Positions 1 through 11,200 of a DNA stretch of 64,000 nucleotides are shown in pieces. The translations under genes and the position numbers were made by a program. The notes under the pieces were generated by a model. That model was given only the letters and a program-made list of their open reading frames with translations. It had not been told where the DNA came from and searched no databases. Source of the DNA: Promethearchaeota archaeon (GTDB taxonomy: Archaea; Asgardarchaeota; Lokiarchaeia; Sigyniarchaeales; SOKP01); NCBI GenBank assembly GCA_016839555.1, contig JAEOUA010000006.1:480001-544000 (forward strand), read 5' to 3'. Position 1 is the first letter of the stretch, and every line of letters begins with the position of its first letter.

Positions 1-39
1 TTTATTGAGTTTATAAAGAATAATAGGGGGGATACAAAA

Positions 40-1668
40 TTATGGTTGTTCTGAGGGTGCTTCTTCTTCAATCCCTAAATCCGGTTGATCTTCAAGAGAC
101 TGAGCATCTTGAGGTTCTTCTTTCTTTACATAATCCCCAACTGTAGCAAGGATTTCTTGTACCTTTTTTTCTTGTTGTAATCTCATAACTAAATTTCTAT
201 GTTTAATATACGCAATTACTTTAGCGATTATTGGGAAGATTAAAAGAAGGGGCACAAGAAGAAGTAATACTATTTCTGGAGAAATCATTGCGACACTTTC
301 AGATATTGAGGGTGGAAGGTCTTGAAGAATCCATTTCGTGTGAATGATAATGTAGCTAATTATAATCAACATCAATATTCTGATGAGAGAATTTATAATA
401 GTAGATTTTGCTATGTTTCTTGGTTTTGGAACAGAAGAACTTGCCGTTAAAGTGCTTTCTGCTTCAATATCTTCCCTAAACAATCGATCTATATATCTTC
501 CAAGTCTTCTTGTTTTTGAGGCTGCCCGGACAAGTTTTTTTTCTTCTTCCTCCAATTTTTTCTTTTCAATCATCTCTTTAACATAAGAAAACTTTTCTTC
601 TTTTTTTCTTAAAAATTTCATAACAGATTCTTTTTCGAGTGCCATTTCTTCCATTTTCGTTTTTGCTTCTTTTTTAATTTTATCAATATTTGCTGTGATA
701 CTTAAAGATTCTTTTTGTAGGAGATATAATTGTGTCTCTAATCTCTCACTTCTCTCCAAAGAGGGGCGAGTTACAAGATCTATATAGTTAATTTGAAAAG
801 TTATTTCTAAAAAAACATAGCTTAATATTGCGAATAATGTTACTGGGCTCCCAAAAAAGGCGAAAAAGTCGTCTATTGGTAATTGAGTAAGTAATAGGCT
901 TGAAGGATTTGCTATTTCATACAATATAGTAATATCAATAGAATTAAAGAATTGATCTAAACTAATAATAGTTGTAATATCACTATTTAATAGAAATATA
1001 ACGATTTCTGGATAATTGAGAGGGTCTAATAAGCTAAAAAGAGCTAAAATATCTCTATATCGAAGAAAAATAATTTTTTCCAAATAATCAGGAGTTTCAA
1101 CTAAACCAAAAAGTGCTAAAACTTCTCGAAACCCAAAAATCATTAAAGGGAAGATAAACATTAAAATTAAACAAACTATTGATCTTATATTATTTTTTGG
1201 CTTACTTTCAAATATTCCTCTTATAACATAATATGCAGCAAGTACGAATAAGAGTTGAAATAAAAATAAATATAACGTACCTAATAGGAGGAATAATTGA
1301 TCTATCATTAATCCAGGTATTTCTAATAATTCTGGAGCTGTTCCTAAAGGAAATGAGAACCATAAATCCAGAAGTTCTTTAAAAAAGGAATTAATTGTAT
1401 TGAAGAGTGTCCATTTTATATGAAAAAGGGAAATAATGATAACTATAAAGGTTATACCAATGCAAATAAGATATAATACAAAAAAGAGGGCATAACTTAA
1501 TAATTCCTTTAATTTTATAATAACATCAATAAATACCACATTACCTTCCGGAGTAATAAGTATCTCATTAAAGTCAAATAATTGCATAAAAATAGAAATA
1601 ATTCCAATAAATAATAAGCCATTCAAAGCTCTTAAAATATATAAATAATACCTAGTTATTTTATACAC
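40..1668 (-). CDS. Multi-pass membrane protein with cytoplasmic coiled coil; last gene of the MoxR/DUF58 operon
   Basis: 542-aa ORF with many hydrophobic segments, a K/E-rich coiled coil (~aa 305-390) and an acidic tail; 10 nt downstream of the DUF58 gene. Confidence 0.7.
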   Translation of the reverse strand: MYKITRYYLYILRALNGLLFIGIISIFMQLFDFNEILITPEGNVVFIDVIIKLKELLSYALFFVLYLICIGITFIVIIISLFHIKWTLFNTINSFFKELLDLWFSFPLGTAPELLEIPGLMIDQLFLLLGTLYLFLFQLLFVLAAYYVIRGIFESKPKNNIRSIVCLILMFIFPLMIFGFREVLALFGLVETPDYLEKIIFLRYRDILALFSLLDPLNYPEIVIFLLNSDITTIISLDQFFNSIDITILYEIANPSSLLLTQLPIDDFFAFFGSPVTLFAILSYVFLEITFQINYIDLVTRPSLERSERLETQLYLLQKESLSITANIDKIKKEAKTKMEEMALEKESVMKFLRKKEEKFSYVKEMIEKKKLEEEEKKLVRAASKTRRLGRYIDRLFREDIEAESTLTASSSVPKPRNIAKSTIINSLIRILMLIIISYIIIHTKWILQDLPPSISESVAMISPEIVLLLLVPLLLIFPIIAKVIAYIKHRNLVMRLQQEKKVQEILATVGDYVKKEEPQDAQSLEDQPDLGIEEEAPSEQP

Positions 1669-1678
1669 CTCATTAGTA

Positions 1679-3007
1679 TTAGTAGGCTCTCCCTTTCTTT
1701 TTTACATCAATATACTGCTTAATTAATTGCTCCATCAAATCATCAGGACCCGCATTTATTACATTTACCCCCATTCGTCTTACTGCTTGAGTAATTCTTA
1801 AAATATGTTCCATCATCTCCTCAGCAATTGCTTCTGCTAATGCTTTATCAGTAGCTGATAAATCTACTTCATGAATTTCAAACCATGGACTAAAAGGATT
1901 TATAATATATATATTATGATCGAATGGAATTAATTTTTTAATTGCTTTAACTATTTCATTAACATCAGTTTCTAAATCGGAAATTAAAAAAATTAGACTT
2001 CGTTTTTGGAATCTCCTTATAAAAAAATCCATCGCTTCAAATATTTTGCATTTCCCTTCAGGTTTAACTTTAGCTACAAAATCAAGTACCTGATAAAAAT
2101 AATCATCGCCCCTTCCTGGTTCTAAAAATCTGAAATTTTTTTTATCAGAAAAAGTAAATATACCCACATTATCTTTACGGGTTAATGCTATCTTTGTTAA
2201 TAGCATAGCTGATCTAATTGCATATTCGAATTTAGTATTATCAATCGCCCCACCAGCCATAGAATTTGAGGAATCAATTAAAATCATTACTGTGATATCA
2301 CGTTCAGTTTCAAATTCCCTAGTTATTAATTTTTGTAAACGAGCACTCGCCTTCCAGTCTATTAATCTAAATTGATCACCAAACACATATTTTCTCACCC
2401 CGTAAAATTCTGAGCCAAGTCCTTTTAGTTTGGATCTTTGGATTCCATAATTTAATTGCAATGATCTTTTAGAACCTAAAATTTCAATTTTTTTAATATC
2501 TTCATAAGGGGGATACACTAAAATATCTGTTATACTATTGGGAATGATTCTTTCAACGGAGTTAAACCCTAATCTATCTTTCAATGTTATGGATAAAGGA
2601 CCAAGAGGATATTCCCCGCGAACTTTTGGTTCAAGCACATAGGAAAATTTTATCGTTTCTTTTCCCCCAATCTGAGTACTGATAAAATTTTCGCCTAAGG
2701 TTAATTTAAATAATTCGGGATTATAAGAATCTTTTACTTCCACAAAATCGAAATTGTTTTTTCCGATATTCTCGATTATTACTTTTATGTGAACAAAATC
2801 ATCTTTAAATACTTTCTCTTTCTCAAGTTCTCTATGCACCTTTAACTCTTCAATATTCATTTGATAATAGAAAAAGGGAAGTGATATTACTGTGCTAAAC
2901 AGCAAAATAACTCCAAAAAATACGAGGAAATAATTTTCAAACGCAAAACCTGAGGCTAAAAAAAATATTCCCAGGATAAGTAATGTTCTTCCTCGTCCTC
3001 CGAACAA
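1679..3007 (-). CDS. DUF58 / vWA-domain protein (MoxR partner)
   Basis: N-terminal TM, Ig-like region (PKVRGEYPLGP), DUF58 motif EFYGVRKYVFGDQFRLIDWKASAR, MIDAS-like DSSNSM; TTG start 7 nt after AGGTGA. Confidence 0.9.
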   Translation of the reverse strand: MFGGRGRTLLILGIFFLASGFAFENYFLVFFGVILLFSTVISLPFFYYQMNIEELKVHRELEKEKVFKDDFVHIKVIIENIGKNNFDFVEVKDSYNPELFKLTLGENFISTQIGGKETIKFSYVLEPKVRGEYPLGPLSITLKDRLGFNSVERIIPNSITDILVYPPYEDIKKIEILGSKRSLQLNYGIQRSKLKGLGSEFYGVRKYVFGDQFRLIDWKASARLQKLITREFETERDITVMILIDSSNSMAGGAIDNTKFEYAIRSAMLLTKIALTRKDNVGIFTFSDKKNFRFLEPGRGDDYFYQVLDFVAKVKPEGKCKIFEAMDFFIRRFQKRSLIFLISDLETDVNEIVKAIKKLIPFDHNIYIINPFSPWFEIHEVDLSATDKALAEAIAEEMMEHILRITQAVRRMGVNVINAGPDDLMEQLIKQYIDVKKKGRAY

Positions 3008-3036
3008 TCCTATTTCACCTTTTTATTTTTCCTTTA

Positions 3037-4020
3037 TTAGATAGGAACTGGAATCTCTTCAATTATATTATTAATAACCGTTTTCACATCAAGCCCTTCC
3101 AGCTCAGCTTCAGGGTTTAGTAAGATTCGATGATTAAGTGTGGGAATAGTTAGCGATCTCACATCATCGGGAGTAACATATTTTCGACCGAGAATTGCAG
3201 CTCGAGCTTTTGAACATTTCATTAAAACCAGTGATCCTCGAGGACCTGCACCCATTTGAACTTGTGGATGATTTCTGGTTTTAAGAATAATATCTTTAAT
3301 ATATTTTAGAATTCTTTCATCGATATAGATTTGATTTATTATTTGTTGAGCGGCAATTATATTTTCTGCAGAAATAACTTTCTGGACTGAAGGATTATCA
3401 CCTGATAATTGGCGCCTCATAATTTCCACTTCTTCCTCTTGTTCTGGATAGTCAAGCCATAATTTAAATAGAAATCTATCAACTTGAGCCTCGGGTAAAG
3501 GATATGTGCCTTCCATTTCTACAGGATTTTCTGTTGCTACTACGATAAAGGGTTTATCTAGGCTTAGCGTTTGTCCTTCAATAGTTACTTGCCTCTCTGC
3601 CATAGCCTCTAATAGAGCGGCTTGAGTCTTCGGTGCACTTCTATTGATTTCATCTGCTAGTACCATATTTGCAAATAATGGGCCTTTTTGAAGGATAAAA
3701 CTTCCTTTTTCTTGAGAAAAGATTTTTGTCCCCGTAATATCGGCGGGAAGAAGGTCGGGAGTGAATTGTATACGACTAAATGATACCCCCAGAGTCTTAG
3801 CAAATGTTTTTGCAAGGACTGTCTTACCCAATCCTGGTACGCCTTCTAAAAGTACGTGCCCATTAACAAGGAGAGCAATAAATACTTTTTGAAGGATATC
3901 TCCATACCCTACAATCACTCTACTAACTTCTGAAAGAACTTCTTGAGCAATTTGTCGGATGGGTGTCACATCAAATTGTTCTTGTTCAGTATCCCTCGGA
4001 AGTTTACTTGGAACTGTCAT
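3037..4020 (-). CDS. moxR: MoxR-family AAA+ ATPase (MoxR proper type)
   Basis: Walker A GVPGLGKT, RIQFTPDLLPADITG, Walker B LADEINR, GTYPLPEAQVDRF. Confidence 0.95.
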   Translation of the reverse strand: MTVPSKLPRDTEQEQFDVTPIRQIAQEVLSEVSRVIVGYGDILQKVFIALLVNGHVLLEGVPGLGKTVLAKTFAKTLGVSFSRIQFTPDLLPADITGTKIFSQEKGSFILQKGPLFANMVLADEINRSAPKTQAALLEAMAERQVTIEGQTLSLDKPFIVVATENPVEMEGTYPLPEAQVDRFLFKLWLDYPEQEEEVEIMRRQLSGDNPSVQKVISAENIIAAQQIINQIYIDERILKYIKDIILKTRNHPQVQMGAGPRGSLVLMKCSKARAAILGRKYVTPDDVRSLTIPTLNHRILLNPEAELEGLDVKTVINNIIEEIPVPI

Positions 4021-4119
4021 ATTATTTCATTTCCTTATTTAGTTTTTATATTTTTATTTTAAAATTTTAGTTTTTTTGATATTATAATTCGTTAATGGTA
4101 ATTTAATTATATATAGTTT

Positions 4120-6117
4120 TTATAAATTTGAGTTAACCCACGTCAACTCAAAATAGATTTTTTCAAAATTCTCTTTATCGTTTACATTCTTTTTACCCAA
4201 TTTTAATTGGGATATTAATATTATAAATTTGGCAATCCTTTGCAATTTATTTTTATTTACATTGGGATCTTTTGCTTGAACTAACTCAACCACATTTGTT
4301 GGAGTGATTTCTTTAGTTCCTAATTGTGCGTGAAGTTTTCGTTCTAATCTTCGATAAAGTAATAAAACTGCTTCTCTATATCTACTTTTTTTATGATACA
4401 TATTGATTTTTTTTGCAAAAAATGAAGAAGTTCGAAATCTAAGTTTATCTTCCTTTCTTTCTTGTTTTTCTATTTCTTTCTTCTCTTCTTCTTTCGCTTT
4501 TTTAGGTAAAAATTTTCTAAGAAGAATAACTGCGAGTAAAGGATAAATCCATGCAGTTATAGGATTCGTGCTTAATTGTATGATATATCTCATTACGAAA
4601 CCAAATATTCCTGCAGACGTCATATCATTAGTATCTTCTGGACGAATATGTGCTTCATCAATCGCAATGACCCATTGGGAAGGTATTTCCCCCTGATCTT
4701 GTCGTGTTAACCAGCTTATAACATTTATAGCAAATTGTAAGTTATCATATTTTGGATTAATGATTAGTTGATTATTCCATAAACTTGCATCAGAAGAGAT
4801 AAAAATACGAAAATTTCCGGTGTCTTTTGAAAGGAAAACCGCTGGCGTAAAAGGATATCCTAAAGGGAGATGTCCTTGAGTCAGATTCCAAAATTCTACT
4901 ATCTCTGTAGGCATAGCGCTTCCTTGTAAACTATAATATTGCAGCATAGTTTCATAAAGGAAATTTATATCTATGGCATCGTTATAATAGGTTAAATTTC
5001 CTACGGTGAATTTATAATCATATCTTCCATCGAAATTTTTGTCTACAAAACTATGTACATCACTACTACGAGCAACGACATTCCACCCAAAAAAATCAAT
5101 AAGAGGGCCTCCAGCTACCGCTGTAGCTTTTGAAAGAATAACTCTATCGACCCCTCTAGTAAATACATTTGCAGGATCATTGAATTGATCCTTTGTTATT
5201 ACAGGGAAAAGGGGATTTGTGTCAAAAGATTTATTATCCAATAAATATCCTTCTGCAAAAATGGTAACTGGTGTATTATTAATCGCACTTAAATCCATTT
5301 GATTAGCAGCAAATATTTCCCAAAGTAGTTCATAGGTAGATCCATGATCGTGGCATAATAAAAGAGAATTTTTTCCTTTGAAGAAGTTGATAAAAAAGGG
5401 AATTTCATATATTGGGTTGTAAAATTTGTTTGGTCCGAGCATTACTAATAAAACTGATTTACCTAATAAATTCAAAGTTTTGATTTGTTCTATTCTTTCA
5501 GTTGCACTTAGGCTCGATTGAATCGGCATAACTTCATACCCCATTAATTCCATTGTTTCTTTGAAAGTTGAGCAGCCATTCCAATCTTCATTATAAATCG
5601 AAAAATTTTGATCATTTTTTCCTTGATCAATTATAGGAGATAAGAAAGGGATTAAAGTGAAAATTAATACAATTGTTAAAAGTGCGGGTTGATAAATAGA
5701 GCCAAACGTTAATTTTTTAGTTTTTTTTGTTCGGTTTTTTTCTTGTATATTTCTTATAAGAAAAATAATGAAAAATAATCCAATAACTCCTGCAGCAAAA
5801 TAACACACAAATGGTATAACATTTAAATAAGGAGGAAGGGTGAATTGCGTTTCAAATTTTGATTGAATCAAGACTTTTAAACCGATATTAAGGGGATTAG
5901 GAGGAGGAAAACTTAAATCAATAAAGTTAAAAAACCTGAGTAAAAAATCTATTGAAAGATATTCAATATTTTCCTGAATCAGTGTTTGAACATTTTCATC
6001 ACTGCTAATATAATTACTTAGAAAATCTGTTAATAAGACACCAATCATTATTAAAACAATGATAATAGTAACATATAAAATACTTTTAACTACTGTTTTA
6101 CTTTTTCTTGATACCAT
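4120..6117 (-). CDS. DUF4350-like membrane-anchored protein
   Basis: N-terminal TMs, FSIYNEDWNGCSTF, ISSDASLWNN and IDEAH motifs typical of DUF4350/GATase-like extracellular domains, then a TM and a basic tail. Confidence 0.7.
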   Translation of the reverse strand: MVSRKSKTVVKSILYVTIIIVLIMIGVLLTDFLSNYISSDENVQTLIQENIEYLSIDFLLRFFNFIDLSFPPPNPLNIGLKVLIQSKFETQFTLPPYLNVIPFVCYFAAGVIGLFFIIFLIRNIQEKNRTKKTKKLTFGSIYQPALLTIVLIFTLIPFLSPIIDQGKNDQNFSIYNEDWNGCSTFKETMELMGYEVMPIQSSLSATERIEQIKTLNLLGKSVLLVMLGPNKFYNPIYEIPFFINFFKGKNSLLLCHDHGSTYELLWEIFAANQMDLSAINNTPVTIFAEGYLLDNKSFDTNPLFPVITKDQFNDPANVFTRGVDRVILSKATAVAGGPLIDFFGWNVVARSSDVHSFVDKNFDGRYDYKFTVGNLTYYNDAIDINFLYETMLQYYSLQGSAMPTEIVEFWNLTQGHLPLGYPFTPAVFLSKDTGNFRIFISSDASLWNNQLIINPKYDNLQFAINVISWLTRQDQGEIPSQWVIAIDEAHIRPEDTNDMTSAGIFGFVMRYIIQLSTNPITAWIYPLLAVILLRKFLPKKAKEEEKKEIEKQERKEDKLRFRTSSFFAKKINMYHKKSRYREAVLLLYRRLERKLHAQLGTKEITPTNVVELVQAKDPNVNKNKLQRIAKFIILISQLKLGKKNVNDKENFEKIYFELTWVNSNL

Positions 6118-6173
6118 TTTATTTAAAAAATACTATTCATTTTATTTTAATCCCAATTTAAAAAAGGAATTAT

Positions 6174-6545
6174 TTATAAATTTAAAGTAAAATCTTTCTT
6201 CTCAATTTCATTATAAATTCGAGAAAACAAATTTAAGGTGGTTCCAAATTGTTCTCGTGTTGGTTCTAAACCTCCGTAAATGATATCTTCAATCTGCTTC
6301 ACGAAAGGATATACAATTTCCGGTTTTTGTTCTAATTCGTTTACACATAAGATGGCATATTCTCTAATAGTCTGATGCGGAAGCCGAGGTTTATCATATC
6401 TTTCTTTAATTAGATCAGCGTAAATAAGATACACATATGCTATAGCTTCTTTCAATCTTCCAGAGTTTATGAGAATTTTAAGATTTTGCTTTTTCTTTTT
6501 TTCATCAAATTTCCTTTCCGGTTCTTTTTTAGTCAAGAATCCCAT
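6174..6545 (-). CDS. Stand-alone DUF4129-like helical domain protein
   Basis: EAIAYVY...HQTIREY...EDIIYG pattern; visibly paralogous to the C-terminus of 6648-8243. Confidence 0.7.
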   Translation of the reverse strand: MGFLTKKEPERKFDEKKKKQNLKILINSGRLKEAIAYVYLIYADLIKERYDKPRLPHQTIREYAILCVNELEQKPEIVYPFVKQIEDIIYGGLEPTREQFGTTLNLFSRIYNEIEKKDFTLNL

Positions 6546-6647
6546 TTTTTCTTACCTACAAGAGTTATTTATGTTATTTTTTTATATTATTTCTATTTGT
6601 TAATTGTTTAATTGATTTATTTATAATGATAATATAATAAATCTTAT

Positions 6648-8243
6648 TTAAAAATTTAAAATAAAATTATATCCCGTTAAGAGATAATATATAGGCGAAA
6701 ATAATTCAATAGAATTATAAAAATCTTCATCCGATAATGGAGTTGGGCGAGAATAGATAATTGCTTCAATATTTTGAATAAATGGATATATTTTTGTGGG
6801 ATCTAATCCGAATTCTTTCACTGATATTATTCCAAAATCCCTAATAGTTTCATTCGGATTCCGTTTCCTTCCAAATTTCCCTCCAACTAATTCCATATAA
6901 ATAGCACTAAATAAGTAAGTAAGTGCCTCCTCAATTCTGCCAGACTCTTTAAGAATTTTTAAGTTTTCAATTTTTCCTTCAAGCGGGATGGTAATTACTT
7001 TCGATGAGATAACATTTTTTCTATAATAAAGATATCCCATAATTGCTACTATGACAGCCGCCACGATGATGCTCGGAATACCAATTATTAAAAACCATTG
7101 AAATGGTGTTATTGTTATTCCCGATTCAGGGGTTCGAATAAGTAAAAAAAGTAGTAAATTAATTGGGTTAACTGTTAAATTAATATTTGATTCAATATTA
7201 GTGTTGCCTTTTAATTCAATCTTAATAGTTTTGGAACCCACTCCTGAAGGAATTAAGTAATTATGACCAAAATTTCCTGAATCATCAGTTGTAATAGTAC
7301 TAATAAGTCGAGTATCAAAATAGAGATTAAATTCTCTGTTAGAAATTTTTAATGAATTATTTCCAACTGCAGAGATTTCCCCTCTTATTTGAAGGATTTG
7401 CCCTTCATTGATCTTATTAGGGGTATTCCAAACTACTGTAATATTAGTAAAAATATTTATATTTTTAATCTTAGTTTCTGAAGATTTTACTTTATTCGAA
7501 ATATTTGGAAATTGTAATGTAAGATTTAATTGTCCTAAAATTGCATTGCTAGGAACTGGAATATTTGGTAGAGACCCATCTACATTTGAATATATTGAAT
7601 TATTAGGCCATGTAAATGAGGAGTTTTCCCATTGATAATAGATTTGTTCATTTGAAATTCCAGTTCCATTCTCATATCTAATAAATCCGTTAATATTAAA
7701 AGATTCTCCTGGTGAATAAGGCTCATCTGGTTTTGTTATTTGAAAATATGATGTCGTATTAACGTAAATAGTAAAATTATTTTTACAAATAATTAAATCT
7801 CCCCCAATGTCAGATATTACTTGAGCTTTTACTGTATGATTGGTATATACGTTTAAACTATCTGAAACAATATAATTAATCTGAAAAGTACCATTCTCAT
7901 CTGTAGTGGCATTATATAGTTTATTGACATGATTATCAATTTTGATAGCAACTATATAACCAGATTCACTCACATTTCCAAATAACTTTAAATCTCCTTC
8001 TAATGTAAAATTAGAGTTGTGAGAAAACATTTTATTATCAATCCAATAACTCGTGAGGTTAATCTCTCCAATAAGAGCAGATGGGTTTATATATTTTTTA
8101 TTTTTATAATTCTTGTAATTAATTTGGCTAACGTTATTTGTATTTAAAAAGAGGATTGATAATGAAAGAATTATTACTAAAATCAGAAAAATACTAAATA
8201 AATTCTTTTTTCTTAGGTTTTTCACTTTGAATAATTCTCTCAT
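6648..8243 (-). CDS. Membrane protein: signal/anchor, Ig-like repeats, TM, C-terminal DUF4129-like domain
   Basis: N-terminal hydrophobic segment, TTDENGTF/TTDDSGNF beta-sandwich repeats, many NxS/T sequons, TM, then NETIRDF...EAIIY. Confidence 0.7.
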   Translation of the reverse strand: MRELFKVKNLRKKNLFSIFLILVIILSLSILFLNTNNVSQINYKNYKNKKYINPSALIGEINLTSYWIDNKMFSHNSNFTLEGDLKLFGNVSESGYIVAIKIDNHVNKLYNATTDENGTFQINYIVSDSLNVYTNHTVKAQVISDIGGDLIICKNNFTIYVNTTSYFQITKPDEPYSPGESFNINGFIRYENGTGISNEQIYYQWENSSFTWPNNSIYSNVDGSLPNIPVPSNAILGQLNLTLQFPNISNKVKSSETKIKNINIFTNITVVWNTPNKINEGQILQIRGEISAVGNNSLKISNREFNLYFDTRLISTITTDDSGNFGHNYLIPSGVGSKTIKIELKGNTNIESNINLTVNPINLLLFLLIRTPESGITITPFQWFLIIGIPSIIVAAVIVAIMGYLYYRKNVISSKVITIPLEGKIENLKILKESGRIEEALTYLFSAIYMELVGGKFGRKRNPNETIRDFGIISVKEFGLDPTKIYPFIQNIEAIIYSRPTPLSDEDFYNSIELFSPIYYLLTGYNFILNF

Positions 8244-8276
8244 TTTTCATCAAAATTTGTTGAAATTTTTATCAAA

Positions 8277-11200
8277 CTAAGTAAATTGCTTATTTGAAGG
8301 ATTAACATAATCTAAATCATTATCAGTGGGATTAAAATAAACCCAAATTTCGGAATCAGACCTATAATTAGGCCATGGATCTGACGGATGAATATAAATT
8401 GACACATTAAATCCTCCAAATTGATCTGTTTGAACAGTATCATTATATGCAATTATATTTCCAGCAAGATCTTTAACGGTGACATTTATATACATATCAG
8501 CAATTCCAGTATTATTGTCCCAAGTGAGATTTCCAATAACTATTAAAGTATCTGTATCTACCCAATATTCTGGATATTCAGTTTCCCATTTAAGAGTATA
8601 ATAATCTTGTTGGATTATTTGAGTACCAGCAGTTAGGTTTATGTTTAAAGAACTACTAAAATTAACCATATAATTAGATAAATAAATGCCTGAGTCAGAT
8701 ATAGTTCCATTAAAATCTATTATAATAATATATCGGCCTTGTTGAAGGGTATCATTATCTATTGAATTAATTAAAAATGTAAATTCTCCATTCGCATCTG
8801 TAAAAGTATATTGGGAATAACCAGGGGCAAAGTTAAGGTATTGAGAAAGATCTTGATTTTCGGAATTTAACAAATAAATTCCCATTTCAAGACTTCTTAA
8901 TGGAGAACTTCCATTCAAAACATTACCTGAAATTTCAAACCCATCGACAACCCTTTGTACACTAAATTCTGATTGAAAAATATTTATTGTGGCAGTTTCA
9001 TTTATTACTATATACGTGGAATTATATGTGTCATAATATGGTGCACCATCTTCTCCATACCTTACATTGATTTTATGTAAACCAGAATGTAAAGTATTTA
9101 TAGGAATAGAAAAATTCCAATATCCTTTATCAATAACTTCAAATTTATGTCTATCTAATTCAGTATTCGTATATACATCTATTAAATATACTATTGAATC
9201 AGCAGGAGCATAAGTATCGCTCTTATTAATCCATACCTCAAAAAGTGCATTCTCCCCATTTTGATAAGTTTCTGGAGGATCTATATTATTATAATTGGTT
9301 CTTGTATGATTCCCCTCGATCTTAAAAATAATACTTATCTCATCTAGATCATATACTTTTAGATCGTTAGTAGAATTAAAATTATCAGCAAAATTAGTAA
9401 TATAATTAAGATTAAAAATATAATCTGGATAGAAAAAATTTCCGTTGAATTCTAAGGAAAGTTTATAATTTTTTGTAGGGGTTCCCCCGTTCACAGTATA
9501 CTCCAAATATATATCTCCATTATCATTTGAACCTTCAAAGCTTCCTAGAAAATTTAAATAAGACACAGAAACTTCATTAGTTCCGTCATATATTTTTAAG
9601 GAAACTCCCCCAAATCGAATAGGATTTGATTCGGAATCTTCAAGAGTACCAATTATCCTAAAGATTCTATCTGTAGTCCCGCTTCTGCTAACATTCAAAT
9701 TATCAGGGCAAGATGTCAGATTCAAATTGATCTTATCATCCAAAATAAAATAAGAACTATTTTCAAAACTACCATACCGAGCATAAATTTTATTTGGGCC
9801 TGCTGGAATATTATCATTTATATTGTAGGTGTAGAGAGCAATTCCATTCGAGTTGGTGGTATTTTGTCCAATCAACAAACCAGTATAACTAAAGAAAGAG
9901 ATATCTTGTCCCGAAACAGATTCTCCCGTTTCATTTAACAATTTTGCTTTTAGGTCAACTGTAGATGGTCTTGCAACAACAGGCGCAGTATTATTACTCG
10001 CTTCAATATCATTTATATAGAACCATATTGAATATATCTGCTCTTTTGTAATATTTAAATCTAACCTATTTGAGGAATCATTAATAAATGGATAAGTATC
10101 AATAGAAAAATTAATACCTGTATAAAAAATCCAAGTTCCGTTGAAATCTGCTTGTATTTCATATTCTCCACTTGGTAGAGAATTATCTGGAGTTAATGAT
10201 ATATCAAATTCGCCGTTATCATCTGTTATGTTTCCAAATGGTATTAAGGCATTAGGAATAGCTAATGGAGAGCCTTTATTGAAAAGTAGGAATGAGATAT
10301 AAGCATGACTAACCCTATATCCATTGAGGGGATCTTCTAAATATCCTTGAACATTAACGGTTTCGCCATTGGAAATATTAACTGTGGAGGGCGAAACATC
10401 AGTTAAATTCAAATTTATATTCGTAGTAGGTCCCGTTATTGTATAATTTGTATAATCAACGGCTGATGAATAGGTTGCAGAAATATAATGTACTCCGATA
10501 GTCTGGCTGTTATTAATATCAACAGTGGTCCATGCGTTGCCATTTTGGTCTGTACTGACCGCATATATGATTTTATTCATGGATAAATCTCGGAAGGTAA
10601 TTATTCTATTTGCAACAGATTGATTTATAGAAGTTAATGTTGCAGAAATATTAGCTACATTTCCAACGTTCCTATATCCTTCAGTAAAATTAGTAGAAAT
10701 AGAAATATTAAAACCACCTGTTGTAGCGTTAAAAGGAGAAATATTCTCACATACATCAAATTGAACCCAATTACCGCTTCCGTCTGTAGATGTTGGTACA
10801 TATATTTCTGCCCAATTATAAATATTTGATTGCATAATGGGAATCACATTCTTTACCTCTGCTGGGTCATAAATCTCTTGTAAATTTCGAGTATTATATC
10901 CATCAACATACCGGCAGGCAAGGCCGAAAGCTCTTGAAAATGCACAGAAAGCAGATACAAAATCGGACCATACTCCTTCTTGATACTGGCAGAACCATTC
11001 AACAATATCATCACCAGAAGCAGGAGGATTACTAAAAATTGCAGATGCGCTAAAAACAAAATTATTTTCTAAATAATTCTGTATTTTCGCTGCTATTGTT
11101 GCAGCATTATCCCCATCTTGAATAATCCCATCTAAGTTATTATAATGATTTTCGAAATATGGATGAGCATTAATATAGGTATTAATATCAGGGGGTAATT

